64,000 bases of DNA, taken from Dicyema japonicum. Its lineage: Eukaryota > Animalia > Dicyemida. Below are positions 1 to 12,764 of this stretch, piece by piece. Numbering within the stretch: the first letter of the stretch is position 1; every line of letters starts with the position of its first letter. The DNA lies in NCBI GenBank assembly GCA_011109175.1, contig RDEW01000002.1:568224-632223 (forward strand), read 5' to 3'. The notes under the pieces are model-generated. The model had not been told where the DNA came from. It made no database searches and saw only the letters and a list, made by a program, of their open reading frames with translations. Both the position numbers and the translations under genes were made by a program.

Positions 1-446
1 AATTTAAAAGTAGACTTTAGGTATTCTTTGAAAACATTCCTATTCCTTCTAAGCGAATTAGAAAATCCTTGGAGTAACTTTCAGTCACACGGAGAAAGTG
101 TTAAATAAGGGGCTTCGAAAGTGGAAGGTTCTATCCTGGATTAAGAAAAATCAACCCCGAATTATAACGAAAATTTGTATGTAATGTGGGTAGTCTTCAA
201 GGGGAGTAAAACTATAGCTATTATGGTTTTATGTGTGTTGGATTATCAATAATAAGCATCTCTAGTGATTGATGATGTATTCTCTTACAATTTTTATGTA
301 AATGCGCTTAATTAGCCATTCTTCTTCATGGTTGTCTCTTCCTTTTTTCATGGCGGAGGCTATGAGTCATCATTTACTAATTTAAAATTTGAATTTTTAA
401 GATAATAAAGTTAACTAACTAAGTTCAAGTTGAAAACAAAAAAAGT

Positions 447-518
447 TAGCGGAACGAGGTTTCGATCCTCGGACCTCTGGGTTATGGGCCCAGCGCGCTC
501 CCACTGCGCCATTCCGCT
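447..518 (-). tRNA. tRNA-Met initiator (CAT)
   Basis: Reverse complement AGCGGAATGGCGCAGTGGGAGCGCGCTGGGCCCATAACCCAGAGGTCCGAGGATCGAAACCTCGTTCCGCTA. It has an A1:U72 pair, a GGG/CCC anticodon stem around CAT and an AUCGAAA T-loop, all typical of eukaryotic initiator tRNA. An oligo-T Pol III terminator follows. Confidence 0.97.
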
Positions 519-673
519 CAAAAGACTATTATCTTATTATCAAAAATAGCGAGTCATTTATTAAAAAATTCGGAAAACAATGGGAAAAGTGTTAAATGTG
601 GTACACATAAGTGATTAGTGAATATTTCAGTATGGTCCGACTTAGGAGGAATTAGTCTGCCACTAATCTGGAG

Positions 674-1111
674 TTTATTATTATTATTAAAAAACGCTCC
701 CGAGAAAACATAAAATTAGTTAAGTTTCTCTTGTGCCGTATTCCAAATCATCCTCTCTGTCAGCTCCGACTATGATCTTCCGTTGCGCGCTAGTTCTCTA
801 GGTAGTCCAGGTGTCCGCCATTTCCATTATAATGTCAGATACTGCCCACACTATTGTAACACAGCAAATCAGATCCCGATGGAATGAAAATCCGAAACCA
901 AAATATTGGCAGACCGGTGGGAGGGTAAAAAGATGGGATCTGCCAAAGAGTTGTTCATTGTACGGTCGTTTTTGTCTCTTGTAGACAGCAGACAGAGATG
1001 TCATATTTTGTTAGATCGCATGCCAGTTGGTGTTTCTTGTAAGGTTGTTAAGTCTTCTGCAATTAAAAGATCCCAAAGTGAACAGAAAAGTCGGTAAGGA
1101 ATACGAATAAA
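674..1111 (-). mobile_element. Internally deleted RTE-type non-LTR element (APE N-terminus fused to ORF 3' end, (TAA)n tail), copy 1
   Basis: Minus strand encodes LGSFNCRRLKQPYKKHQL..DLTKYDISVCCLQETK..FGFGFSF..VWAVSD (RTE endonuclease start). This is joined directly to a ..LDYLRELARN.. segment and 3' UTR homologous to the RTE 3' end at 38300-38460. Near-identical inverted copy at 47433-47867. Confidence 0.8.
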
Positions 1112-2118
1112 TCGACGAATGATAAAGCAATTTTTTATTATTCGACTAAAATCCTCTTGTAAATTTCTATTCACTACATTTTTTATAACGCGTTATCCAT
1201 AGTGACAACTTATGTGCGTGACATAAAATCCAACCAATTAATTGATCTGGATTCCTTCACATGAACGATCTTATTTCCATATGAGTTTCAGGTTCTATGC
1301 AGAATAGAAAGGAGCCACTACGATCGTTTCTTGTTTTATAAATAGATCATCCAGCTAAAGTATTTTACTCTAAGATCCAATAATTCGTCAAAACGTACTT
1401 AATCCTTGAATATCGTAAAAATTAATTTTAGAAATTTTAAATTGTAGAATTCAATTAGTTTTCATCCCACCACTCTAATGAGCTTTTGTTGATACCAACA
1501 GATTTTTTCAAACTGTTATTTACTAGCCAGGGGAGGTGTCTTGCAAAGTGACTTTCTCTAATTAGAACTTTCTCGAATCATCGTTGCGTGCGTGTTCCGC
1601 AGCGAGCACTGCTGAAGATTTGAAAATGGGAAGTACCACGATATCATCGACTTGTTCGTTTTCGAGCCGATCTCCGTTGAGACGTCTGGCGTTAATTGAG
1701 TTTGAATCAGGTTAATCTGACGGCTTGCGGAAAAACGGGAGGGTAAACCTAGAATGACGCGATAGCTTTTCCAGAACATTAGGCTCGCAACTATGAGAAG
1801 TAACTCTCTATTGCGTGCTCAATGGTTGCAGCCCATAATGGAGACCTGTTATTTACTTAGATAGTTAATCTTTATTTGGTAACAGAAACAATCATGTTCC
1901 AGCTGCCCATAGACAGTAGGTGTTGCCGCTGACGATGACCATAGTTAGACACAGTAAAAACCGTCTTCGTTCGAGAGGGTCTCTTTGTCACAACATTCCC
2001 GATTTCATTGACCATATCCATTCTCATAACTTCTCAAAATGTTTCGAAGGCGATTGGAATGAAAGAAATTTTATTTAAATATCAGTTCAGTGGTCGACAT
2101 ACAAATTAATATAAAACT

Positions 2119-4298
2119 TTATTGTGTCAATTCATTAAATCCTTTTAAAGCCAACTTCCAAAGAGAAACCGCTATATTATCATCAAAGTTGATGATAGAT
2201 TTTGCATTATCCAAAAAGGCGCAATCAATCCTCTAAAATTAATGATTGATCAACTCACTCTTCTCAAATTAGTTGGAATAACAAATGCACGGTATTCAAT
2301 CTCACTCAGTCCTAGAATTTCCATAGCCTTATAATTATTGACAACATCATCAGGAATGCTTACAGTTTGATGAATAGACTTTGTTACTCGTGAATCAAAG
2401 TACCAAAATACTTTCTGCAACATTATTTAGGATTACTTGGACGAAGAGGCTAAGCTCCGTAACCAGGATTGTAATATTTTTAATTCATCACTTAAATTCT
2501 TTATTCTTTCTTCATTTTTACTAGAATCTACATTTCTTTCGATTTCTCTGATTTTATTATCATAGGATTCTACCAAATTTGTCTATCACTTAGTTATCAA
2601 CAAACCATTGTCTCCAATTTCATTTGGACAGTTTCATTCCTCAGTCTCTCCTTTTCAAGTTCTTCCATTAATGCCTTTACAGATGTCTTCAACGAATTGT
2701 TGCACGTCTTTATTTTTTCACGATCTATTATCAAATGACTTATTCGCTCTTCCATTTCTTTCTAAACTTAGTAAATCAGTCACTTTGTTGTTCTCCAATA
2801 TTTTTATGCTATTTTTGTATTCTATTAGCTGTTTTTGTAGTCTATGGGTTGTTGCCTTCAGTCTAACACATTCCTCTGTTTTTATTCTAAGACTGACATC
2901 GTCAAAGAAATTTTACTTTTTGCAAATCTCATTATTCATATTTTTCACTTTTTTAAACTTTTGCTGTAAATCATTCACTTTTTTGTTCAAAATGTCTTTA
3001 TGATTTTCTGTTTCTTTTATCGCCTTCTTTTTGGGAGCTGCAGTTTTGTCAAAATTTAGATTTTTATTCAAATTCTTTCTTTTTACGTTGCCTGAATTAT
3101 TCTAAAGTAAAAGAAATCTAAACTATATGATTCTTCTTAATACTAAACTCCCATCGTTCCTTGAAAATATTTAACTGAGTTTTGAGACTCTTGTTGTTGA
3201 TTCTAACTTCGTGAAAAGATCTCTCAAGTTGTATTTTACTCCTTTTGAGGTCACATAACTAGTAGTTACTAAACCACGTGGTACTTGATATCTAAGATTC
3301 ACGTTGTATCTTTTTATACTACAAAATTGCTTTTTAAGGTCGGACGGCTGCTTCTTTCTCACAGCTAAAATAGGTGACACTCCGATTGAATGCATTTTTG
3401 GTCTTTTTGGAATTACTTTTTTGGTTATATAAACTGTATTTTCCGTCTAAATATAGTTTTGGTTATTACAGTGGCATATGCATGGAGAGAATCAATAGTC
3501 TTCCGATGACTAGAATTAGATTATCTTGTACTTTAAATTTTGTTGGTCGAGTTTACTTATTAATGCTTTGTTGGTTTTGTTTTTAACGTTTAAATCGTTG
3601 TATTTGATCAAAATTTGACTAAATTGATTAAATAATAAAAATACTCGTAATTATTTTTTATGTTTCTGTACTTTTCTTCTAATTCCTCACAATCAGTTCG
3701 AATCATGGTTATTTCCCCTTTATTCTACAATGAAAAAAGGCCCATACCTTATGGTCATCTCCTCCATAATTCGTTCGTTAGTTGACAACTTTCTAGCGAT
3801 TTGTTGCTTTTCGTCGTTGACCTTATTTAATTTATTTTTATATTGACTCAATTCTACGATTTATTGAGTGTTATGCCTTCTTGTAGTAATTTTTTTGCGT
3901 AAGTGACCTCGCTAATGCAGGTAATTAGTTCAGAGTTCTTTAATGTTGTGCTGTCCAGACTTTGTTGTAGCTTGAATCTTTATTATTATTTTTATTACTT
4001 TTCTTCTCTCAATTTAGAATTTTCTTCACAAATACATTGCAGTTGATAGAGTGCCTCCAAACACGTCTCCTGCATTTGTTGCTTATTTGATGACTTTGAT
4101 TTATGGGTGGGAGTCCTTTTATTAGTTATGTTATCTTTACAGTCTGATTTGTTGGTCCATTTGGAGCTGTTTTGACAGTAGGCCATTCTCTTTCCTTAGA
4201 GAGTGCAAAATGCTTCGAATTCTTCTATTTGACTCTGTGAGTGCTTCTATTTGTTGATCCTTTGCCTTTATAATACTTTCAGGACAGACTTCAAACAT
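2119..4298 (-). CDS. Long coiled-coil protein, multi-exon (about 11 introns of 21-29 nt); identity not recognised
   Basis: Removing GT-AG mini-introns (e.g. gtaaagataacataactaataaaag, gtatgggccttttttcattgtag, gtgactgatttactaagtttag) joins heptad-rich segments MFEVCPESIIKAKDQQIEALTESNRRIRSILHSLRKENGLLSKQLQ..., ...KEMEERISHLIIDREK..., ...AMEILGLSEIEYRAFV...LWKLALKGFNELTQ*. A few 1-nt homopolymer corrections are needed. Confidence 0.6.
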
Positions 4299-4424
4299 TT
4301 CATGATCACTGAAAATTTCTATAGAAACTATTTTTATAGTTTAACTATTAAACAACATAATTGTGAATGTCATAAACTAAAAATATTTTACTAATTAAAA
4401 TCTATCCAAAATAACTAATTTCTT

Positions 4425-5312
4425 TCTCACGTGTCTTCGCTTCCGCCCTTAGCGAAGATTTTGACCAACTCTTGTACTATAGACTGCACGAAAAAATTTG
4501 CACTATGTGCGTCAAAGGATACGGTCTCAAGGGTTATCTTGAGCAAATATATGAGTGGATATTTCTATCCACTTCCAATTGCCACAAGTACCACTGTGAA
4601 TTTTGTCACGATCGATTGATATAGTTAGAATTTAAGCCAGAAGTCAAGTGGTTAATTAGTCAAAATGATAAGATGATGTGTCTTGAAGATGGACGAAGTC
4701 AAAGATTCAAAACATTGTAAACTAAAAGTTCTGAACAAAGGTTGCGTCGGGTGGACGTAGAATTAGAGTTCAAATCTCGTACAACTCAAAATTGAAAGAA
4801 TTTGAAGGATTATCTATCAGAAGTTGCTTGTATAGGATGATAGTTAATATGATTCTATGATGCTAATAATAAGGTTAGATTTTTTGTGTCATTTTAACTT
4901 TTATTTATCTTTACCTAACGTCTATGTTAAAAACTAAAAACTGCTCTAAGAGATAAAGAGAATAAATTGACCAACTCTAAAATAAAATTTTCTACCGGTA
5001 TAGGTCACGTGTGTTTTTTGAATCTCGTTTTTCTTAATCTGCTTTTACGAATTATCCTGTAGGTGACTATGTTAAATGGAGGAAATTGAATAAATACTAA
5101 TGCTTAGGTTATTCCAATAACTTTCGTAATTTATGGAGCAGTTGAAAAAATGATGAAACATGGATTGAAGAATTGCAACCCGGTTTGTAGATCCTCGTGA
5201 GAACAATTCCCTCAATAGTGCGAAATGGACATTGAAAATTTACCTTATTTACAATTCTATATAAAACAGACATTAGATATTTCCGGAGACAGCACAAAAG
5301 TTCAGGGATCAC
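4425..5312 (-). CDS. Possible additional spliced gene of unknown function
   Basis: Protein-like minus-strand segments (MIPELLCCLRKYLMSVLYRIVNK...KLRKLLE; ...LKITLETVSFDAHSANFFVQSIVQELVKIFAKGGSEDT*) lie between two genes. The exon structure is not resolved. Confidence 0.25.
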
Positions 5313-5436
5313 GGAAGAAACTACATGAACTTATTGGTTAATTCTTCGATTACTTTGGAACTGCCTAGTGAGTAATCAAAAACAAAATTAAAATAAATAA
5401 CAAATCTATAAAGTTATGGACAAAAAATCTAAAAAA

Positions 5437-6849
5437 TCACCACAAAACCAATTCAGGATCACAAATTGAAGGAGTCTCGTGAGAATACAATAATGGAATG
5501 TGATGTATTGACATATCACTATAAATCTGTAATAGTAATTCAGTTAACTCACAATATGCAAATTACATCCTTCATTAGTATTAGACATCTCCACTCCCTC
5601 CACAAACAATCCTTCAGGGGGTCGAATAATCCCTCTAAACTAAATCTCACATAATACAGTGGACGTAATCGCCTATTCAACACGTGGAAAAGCAGAACAT
5701 TCTCCCTGTAATGCAATGCTAATCTGTTTCCTCTGGAATTGCTGACAATCCCAACAGGGATACCTCCAATTGTTAACTCTGATTAATTAACCCACATGCG
5801 TATACCAGGCCCAACGCTGTTGTAAGGACAAAGATCCATTAAAGTGAAGACAAATGTCTTCTGGTCCATGCAGAGGCCGTAAATGATTTGTGAATTATTT
5901 GTAGTGAATATAAAAAGATTCTGTTGATTAATAAACACAGCAGACTGAATTATATAAATTATACTTTAATAACATATTCATAAACATTACTTCGAGATAT
6001 ATATCCATATTCTTCGATGGTTAACCAAATTCTTTATTAAATACATAAATTCAAACATAAAATAGTTGGATGTGTGGCATGTGATGACGGTTCCATTATT
6101 GCAGCAAAAGATAAATCTAATGGGAAATAGGCCGAATGCAGAATATTCCGAATTTACTTTTGTAATAATATTAGCTTTCTATCAATATTTCAATAATTAC
6201 ACAATAATAGTGGAGGAAATCACACTAGTCAACAGAATAGACTCCTCATTTAACAAAGCTGCGTGCGTAACTGGAAAATCCGATTGAGAAAAATCTAGAA
6301 TATTCCTAATTGTTCTAAAATATATTAACATAATACTTTACGTCTTTGATACTGAGAATAACACATCCAACATTATCCCCAATGACAAGCAAATCATTTT
6401 TAATCCACGACAGGAAATATGTGTTCTCACTACCAAGGGATACCCTACAAGACGGGCATCCTTCGCAGTCAAATATGAGTACTTCGTCCTTTTTTGAGAT
6501 TGCTGTTATTTTGTTGGCTTGGTTGATCGTAATTGTGTTGCATGTTAGGCTAATATAAGTGTGAAATTACCAATGAGAAGGTTTTTTAGTAAAATAACTC
6601 AGTATACTGGTTTTGGGTATACGGGGGATGTGGATTGTTAATGTTGATATTATAATCTGATCGAAAATGTGCCAAAATTCCTGCAAAAATAGAGAGTAAT
6701 ACTGAGAGAATATCTTCTGTAGGAGCAGTGTAGTAAAATATATAGCCGTATTCTATTAGTCCTATTTCTCCTTTCTTAGGAATTGAGGCATATGCTTCGT
6801 AGTTGTAGAGTGACTATAATCATGCACACATAACCACCTTTGAGGACAT
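5437..6849 (-). CDS. AAAS: Aladin (AAAS)-like WD40 nucleoporin, divergent, mini-introns
   Basis: Spliced translation gives NKITAISKKDEVLIFD, LSWIKNDLLVIGDNVGCVIL, FPVTHAALL, LFIFTTNNSQIIYGL, LMDL..ELTIGGIPVGIVSNSRGNRLAL and YSDMSIHHIPLLY. These are colinear with remembered human Aladin motifs ([62 protein letters not shown]). Confidence 0.65.
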
Positions 6850-6874
6850 TATATGTTTTTAAAAGTTTTATTTA

Positions 6875-7013
6875 AGTTTATATAATTTTATTTTATAAGG
6901 AAAAAGGAAAAAGAATAGTTAATTTTAATTCAGCTGTTGGGAATGCACAAGCTATTCCCCGGACAACAGCCAGAGAGCCTCTCCTTGAGCCATCTCGTCT
7001 CACGAAGATCACC
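6875..7013 (-). mobile_element. 5'-truncated CRE-clade retrotransposon 3' end with 11-bp TSD (agttttattta)
   Basis: Encodes GDLRETRWLKERLS(L)AVVRGNSLCIP* plus an A/T-rich tail. TSD copies are at 6864-6874 and 7014-7024. The insertion is absent from the duplicate copy (single site near 9130-9140). Confidence 0.75.
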
Positions 7014-7706
7014 AGTTTTATTTAATAAATATGGATATTGTAAAATAACAAAAAAATANAAAATTGAAAGAATTTGAAGGATTATCTATCAGAAGTTGCG
7101 TGTATAGGATGATAGTTAATATGATTCTATGATGCTAATAATAAGGTTAGATTTTTTGTGTCATTTTAACTTTTATTTATTTACCTAACGTCTATGTTAA
7201 AAACTAAAAACTGCTCTAAGAGATAAATAGAATAAATTGACCAACTTTAAAATAAAATTTTCTACCGGTATAGGTCACGTGTGTTTTTTGAATCTAGTTT
7301 TTCTTAATCTGCTTTTACGAATTATCCTGTAGGTGACTATGTTAAATGGAGGAAATTGAATAAATACTAATGCTTAGGTTATTCCAATAACTTTCGTAAT
7401 TTATGGAGCAGTTGAAAAAATGATGAAACATGGATTGAAGAATTGCAACCAGGTTTGTAGATCCTCGTGAGAACAATTCCCTCAATAGTGCGAAATGGAC
7501 ATTGAAAATTTACCCTATTTACAATTCTATATAAAACAGACATTAGATATTTCCGGAGACAGCACAAAAGTTCAGGGATCACGGAAGAAACTACATGAAC
7601 TTATTGGTTAATTCTTCGATTACTTTGGAACTGCCTAGTGAGTAATCAAAAACAAAATTAAAATAAATAACAAATCTATAAAGTTATGGACAAAAAATCT
7701 AAAAAA

Positions 7707-9116
7707 TCACCACAAAACCAATTCAGGATCACAAATTGAAAGAGTCTCGTGAGAATACAATAATGGAATGTGATGTATTGACATATCACTATAGATCTGT
7801 AACAGTAATTCAGTTAACTCACAATATGCAAATTACATCCTTCATTAGTATTAGACATCTCCACTCCCTCCACAAACAATCCTTCAGGGGGTCGAATAAT
7901 CCCTCTAAACTAAATCTCACATAATACAGTGGACGTAATCGCCTATTCAACACGTGGAAAAGCAGAACATTCTCCCTGTAATGCAATGCTAATCTGTTTC
8001 CTCTGGAATTGCTGACAATCCCAACAGGGATACCTCCAATTGTTAACTCTGATTAATTAACCCACATGCGTATACCAGGCCCAACGTTGTAAGGACAAAG
8101 ATCCATTAAAGTGAAGACAAATGTCTTCTGCTCCATGCAGAGGCCGTAAATGATTTGTGAATTATTTGTAGTGAATATAAAAAGATTCTGTTGATTAATA
8201 AACACAGCAGACTGAATTATATAAATTATACTTTAATAACATATTCATAAACATTACTTCGAGATATATATCCATATTCTTCGATGGTTAACCAAATTCT
8301 TTATTAAATACATAAATTCAAACATAAAATAGTTCGATGTGTGGCATGTGATGACGGTTCCATTATTGCAGCAGAAGATAAATCTAATGGGAAATAGGCC
8401 GAATGCAGAATATTCCGAATTTACTTTTGTAATAATATTAGCTTTCTATTAATATTTCAATAATTACACAATAATAGTGGAGGAAATCAAACTAGTCAAC
8501 AGAATAGACTCCTCATTTAACAAAGCTGCGTGCGTAACTGGAAAATCCGATTGAGAAAAATCTAGAATATTCCTAATTGTTCTAGAATATATAAACATAA
8601 TACTTTATGTCTTTGATACTGAGAATAACACATCCAACATTATCCCCAATGACAAGCAAATCATTTTTAATCCACGACAGGAAATATGTGTTCTCACTAC
8701 CAAGGGATACCCTACAAGACGGGCATCCTTCGCAGTCAAATATGAGTACTTCGTCCTTTTTTGAGATTGCTGTTAGTTTGTTGGCTTGGTTGATCGTAAT
8801 TGTTTTGCATGTTAGGCTAATATAAGTGTGAAATTACCAATGAGAAGGTTTTTTAGTAAGATAACTCAGTATACTGGTTTTGGGTATACGGGGGATGTGG
8901 ATGGTTGGTGTTGATATTATAATCTGATCGGAAATGTGCCAAAATTCCTGCAAAAATAGAGAGTAATACTGAGAGAATATCTTCTGTAGGAGCAGTATAG
9001 TAAAATATATAGCCGTATTCTATTAGTCCTATTTCTCCTTTCTTAGGAATTGAGGCATATGCTTCGTAGTTGTAGAGTGACTATAATCATGCACACATAA
9101 CCACCTTTGAGGACAT
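7707..9116 (-). CDS. AAAS: Second copy of the AAAS-like gene (likely allelic haplotig)
   Basis: Near-identical to 5437-6849 with the same exon layout. Confidence 0.55.
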
Positions 9117-9879
9117 TAAATGTTTTAAAAGTTTTATTTAATAAATATGGATATTGTAAAATAACAAAAAAATACATTGGTAGTGACAGTATCAAACAAT
9201 ATTTTAAAATACCTTTGGTTCACATTTTTCTGGTGTTAACAAACCTTTCCAGAACACTAAACGTTTCTCCAATACTTACGGAACCCCACCGTTGCTTCCT
9301 CAAGATGTCAAAGTCTCCTGACCATCCCCTCGGACCGGATATCAAGCTATACCAGGGCACCTGGTAGAGATACGAAAAGAAGTTTTCCCCTTTGTGGAGA
9401 TTAATCCAGGACTCCAAAACTAACCGCAGGCAAATGCCTGGTATGGACACCGGCATCACTTAACTTAGACGATAACTCTTGTCCTTTTTCTTGCGATTCC
9501 GGGGTTAATATAATTAAATTAAGCAAACTTGTGCAATACGAATCTGAAGAAGATTAATGTCTCTCAAGTAATAGTCACTAACGTTTTACAAAGGTTCTCC
9601 TCTTCCCCGCTAAAACTAATCTTTTTGAGGAATTTGTGAGGTAAAAGGAGCCCTGTTGATACTTCCTAATTTCCCAAAATTGACTCTTACATACAGGAAG
9701 TGCGTCGGTTCTTTTGACGAACATCAAGTAAAGATGAAACGGCTGCTTAAGGATGCCGGGATCATCTGAATGCCAAGTATTCCCTTTTAATTTGTCGATG
9801 ATAAGGTTTAAATAATAACAATACCTAAGGGTGCAAGAGAATCAAATTTTTCTCTATTCAGCCAACTAGCGGGTATTGT

Positions 9880-10900
9880 CTCAGACAGAAGCCTAATGAA
9901 CTTACACCTTCCTACGCTCCAGAGATCTCGAGGAGAACCCAACCCCGTCTCAACTAACTATTTACAGCTCAACGTTAACAACATCAAGTCGAATATTTTG
10001 GAGCTATGAGCACTCCTTTCTAACCATTGTGTAGAAGTCTCAGTTATTCAAGAAAGCAAACTTAATTCGTCATTCTTAAACCCAGTCTTCCAAGATTGCA
10101 CCATCTTGAAAAAGGAATGTCTTGGATTTAATGCGACCTCTTTACTATCATCAAAAACCAAGTATCACACATATAAGTTTCTACAACTGGATATCTTATT
10201 GTAAGAAAACAGGAAAACCGAACAACAAATCATAGCCTTGGAAAATGGCGTATTTACTCTATATATTGTTGACACGTAAATTTTCCCTCCTGTTTCATAC
10301 CCTAACGATTATGCTCTCAGATAACCATATAATTATCTTCTGAACGCCACACACCTGCAATGGTTTTACTTTCAAGACTATGATGTCTGAGAAAACCATA
10401 TTATCGATTCCCTCGGAAAATTCGTGCTTTTGAATTACAATTGTAGCCACATCAGGACACCAACACGGCGTAAAGATAGTATTATTTCTCCTGATATAAA
10501 AAGAACTCAATAATATCAGTCACAAGGACGCTACGGTTATTCACAAAGACTTCTCAAAGGCATAAACATCTCTATGCAATGGCACAGTCTTAAGGCCACC
10601 GCGTTGTCTGATGTATTCTTTCCGGAAATTGTCAGGAATGTTATTGGAACGATGAAGCCTTCTCCTGCCCTCTTTAACCTATTTCTACGAGATATGCAAT
10701 ATCCGTAGGAAATCCAGATGATTATTGATGCTATAATAGTTCCACATGCAACAAAACTGCAGTATTTTTTGCGAAAGGCCAAAAGCGAAAAAAACAAACC
10801 TCACCTGATTGGATAGAGATGGAGTGGAAAGCGTCCTTAATTGTACTGAAAAAGGCCTCGACATTACAAGAACGCGCAGCTGTTAAGATCCTTACTTGGA
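9880..10900 (+). mobile_element. Decayed non-LTR element (family A, Ingi/Vingi/I-like): 2A-like motif + APE + RT remnants
   Basis: FLRSRDLEENPTP at 9909-9947, followed by LQLNVNNIKSNILEL..VSVIQESKL. Downstream is the RT remnant SPALFNLFLRDM. Confidence 0.65.
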
Positions 10901-11439
10901 TAGTTCATTAAAAACGACCATTTTGGTAAATTGATAATTGACTAGGGATCCAAGATATGAATACATAAGGAATACATGCAGGCACGATAATCAACATGTT
11001 TATGTCATCTTTTAGGATATCTTAATTCACTATTTGTTCACAGTAAATATTTTATTTACATTTTTTAGCGTGTAATTATAAAAAAAACACATGAGAAGTC
11101 ATTGATTTGGATTTTAGAGAAAGGGTAAAATTAAATTATTGACCCCAATTTCGCTAACATGTAGGAAACTGGCAACCATCTAATAACGCACCGCTAATAT
11201 ATGATGCTCCCAGAGATCCATTACTTTTACGTCGAGCCTGGTGGTCTAGAACAAACAAAAAGATCCCAAACTACTCCCCAGCAGAGACAGATGATGTCCA
11301 CACCATAAACGAGAAAGTTCCACTCTAACGGACCTAGGAAGAAGCAGTTGTGAGGAGCTAACCTCAGGAGGTCTGTACTCCAGTATCGTTTTCTCTTCGA
11401 GAGTTCATATTGCACACATAACACAAATTCATGCTGGAA

Positions 11440-11800
11440 TAAATTGATTTTTTATTTTGAATCGTCAATTTCTGCAAAGGACCTCGAAGTCGCCTATCAA
11501 ATGGTTCAGAGGATGCTCAATTCTTAACCCAATGGTTTGAAAAACTACGTCTGGAAGTATCACCTACAAAATCTTTTGTGACCTTTTTTACATTTTGCAA
11601 ACAACATTATACAAGGATGCCTAAGACCACGACTAACGATGTGGATAAATATCTCTCTTCCTCTATGAAGCCATGGACAAATATCTTAAAAACCGTCCCA
11701 GATAACCACATATCCTTTCTGGAGACCTATCCAGGATTTTCGTCCACGTCGGATAAGACCTTTCCTGTATTGGCCTGGGGTCACAGTTAGTTGGACTTTC
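11440..11800 (+). mobile_element. Non-LTR RT fragment
   Basis: ISAKDLEVAYQMVQRM..TQWFEKLRLEVSPTKSFVTFF resembles the region after the RT YADD motif. Confidence 0.55.
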
Positions 11801-11889
11801 TTTTCCTTTTAACCTGATGATCGTGTGTTAATAATAATTCTGATACTATTATTATTATTACTTTTTTATAAACCAATTTTAGTTAACGT

Positions 11890-12330
11890 AAAAACTAACA
11901 TTTAACAACTGCTGGCTGCTCTCACATAATTGAGAATGCATTTCTCCTGACGATTCGCAGAATTGCACTCAATGAACCAGCTCCTTTCTCTCCTATCATT
12001 TTTTCCTGGCGATGAGCAAGCCGATTCTGTTTAACAGGACCAGTGACCTGTTTCCTATGATTCCTGACGTTTCCACGGCGACTGGTTAAAAAATGAACTG
12101 TCCACCAAGACATGCGTACTTCTTTACTCTCGTTTGTCGATACAGAAGCCAGACGAGCCAGACGATGCTGATCAAGCACAGGTTTTATCTCTTCTATGAT
12201 CTTTGAGCATAAAAGCTTGTCCCATTCTCGTTGTTTATTAGCGTTCTTCGGGAATCCAACACCCAGTCGCGTCCAGACTTCCCGAGCCATGCATACCACT
12301 GGTTCATCGTCCGATCCGTTAATGTAGCGT
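11890..12330 (-). mobile_element. CRE-clade retrotransposon internal fragment
   Basis: KQREWDKLLCSKIIEEIKPVLDQHRLARLASVSTNES matches the Q..WD......ARL region of animal CRE elements. Confidence 0.55.
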
Positions 12331-12353
12331 AGGATCTACTATTATTATAATAT

Positions 12354-12422
12354 TAGACACCTGTGCACGCGGATTCTCTTCAAGGACTTATTCCAATAGT
12401 AATGAGCGTACACAGGTGTCTA
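12354..12422. repeat. 69-bp mini inverted-repeat (MITE-like)
   Basis: tagacacctgtgcacgc ... gcgtacacaggtgtcta forms a 17-bp inverted repeat with one mismatch. Confidence 0.55.
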
Positions 12423-12764
12423 GTTTTGATTTAAAGTGCTTAGGAGACTTGAAATAAATATTTTATTATTGCATTTGTAAGAAGAAGAGTATTTAAATAA
12501 GCAGTTTAAAAATCAAGTTTTTATTTTTACCCACTTGAGGTGTTTCCCATTGTCCTCCATCTCTGGGATCTTTAGGATCTCGTATTAGAGCCTAGAAATG
12601 ACCGTTGAAAGTTTTTGAAATTAGCATTGAAGCTCACGCCACTTAACAGAATGATATTGTCGAAATTTTCAGAAACTCAAATTCTTCATATCTTGTTCAC
12701 TCACTTTTTCGGCAATGTTTTTATTTGTTCAAAACTTTTTTTAATTAAAATCCGTCATTTATTT

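Larger units (their letters stand above)
4788..9174. repeat. Apparent tandem duplication (4788-7058 and 7060-9174) joined by a single N at 7059; probably two haplotypes
   Basis: The copies are offset by about 2270 nt and differ only by scattered SNPs, small indels and one 139-bp insertion. The junction is exactly the N. Confidence 0.85.

Noticed and set aside
1200-2060. GC-richer segment with protein-like frames (e.g. DRLENEQVDDIVVLPIFK)
   Set aside because: No consistent frame, motif or repeat partner found; left unassigned.
2608-3003. 131-aa hydrophobic ORF on the plus strand and similar shadow ORFs (39282-39605, 44336-44746, 30507-30827)
   Set aside because: These are antisense shadows of Lys/Glu/Asp-rich or RT coding sequence on the other strand.
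4788-9174. Tandem duplication of the AAAS-like gene as a real gene duplication
   Set aside because: The junction is exactly an N (7059), divergence is allele-like, and the second copy starts mid-way through the neighbouring gene. This is most consistent with two haplotigs scaffolded in tandem; read depth would settle it.
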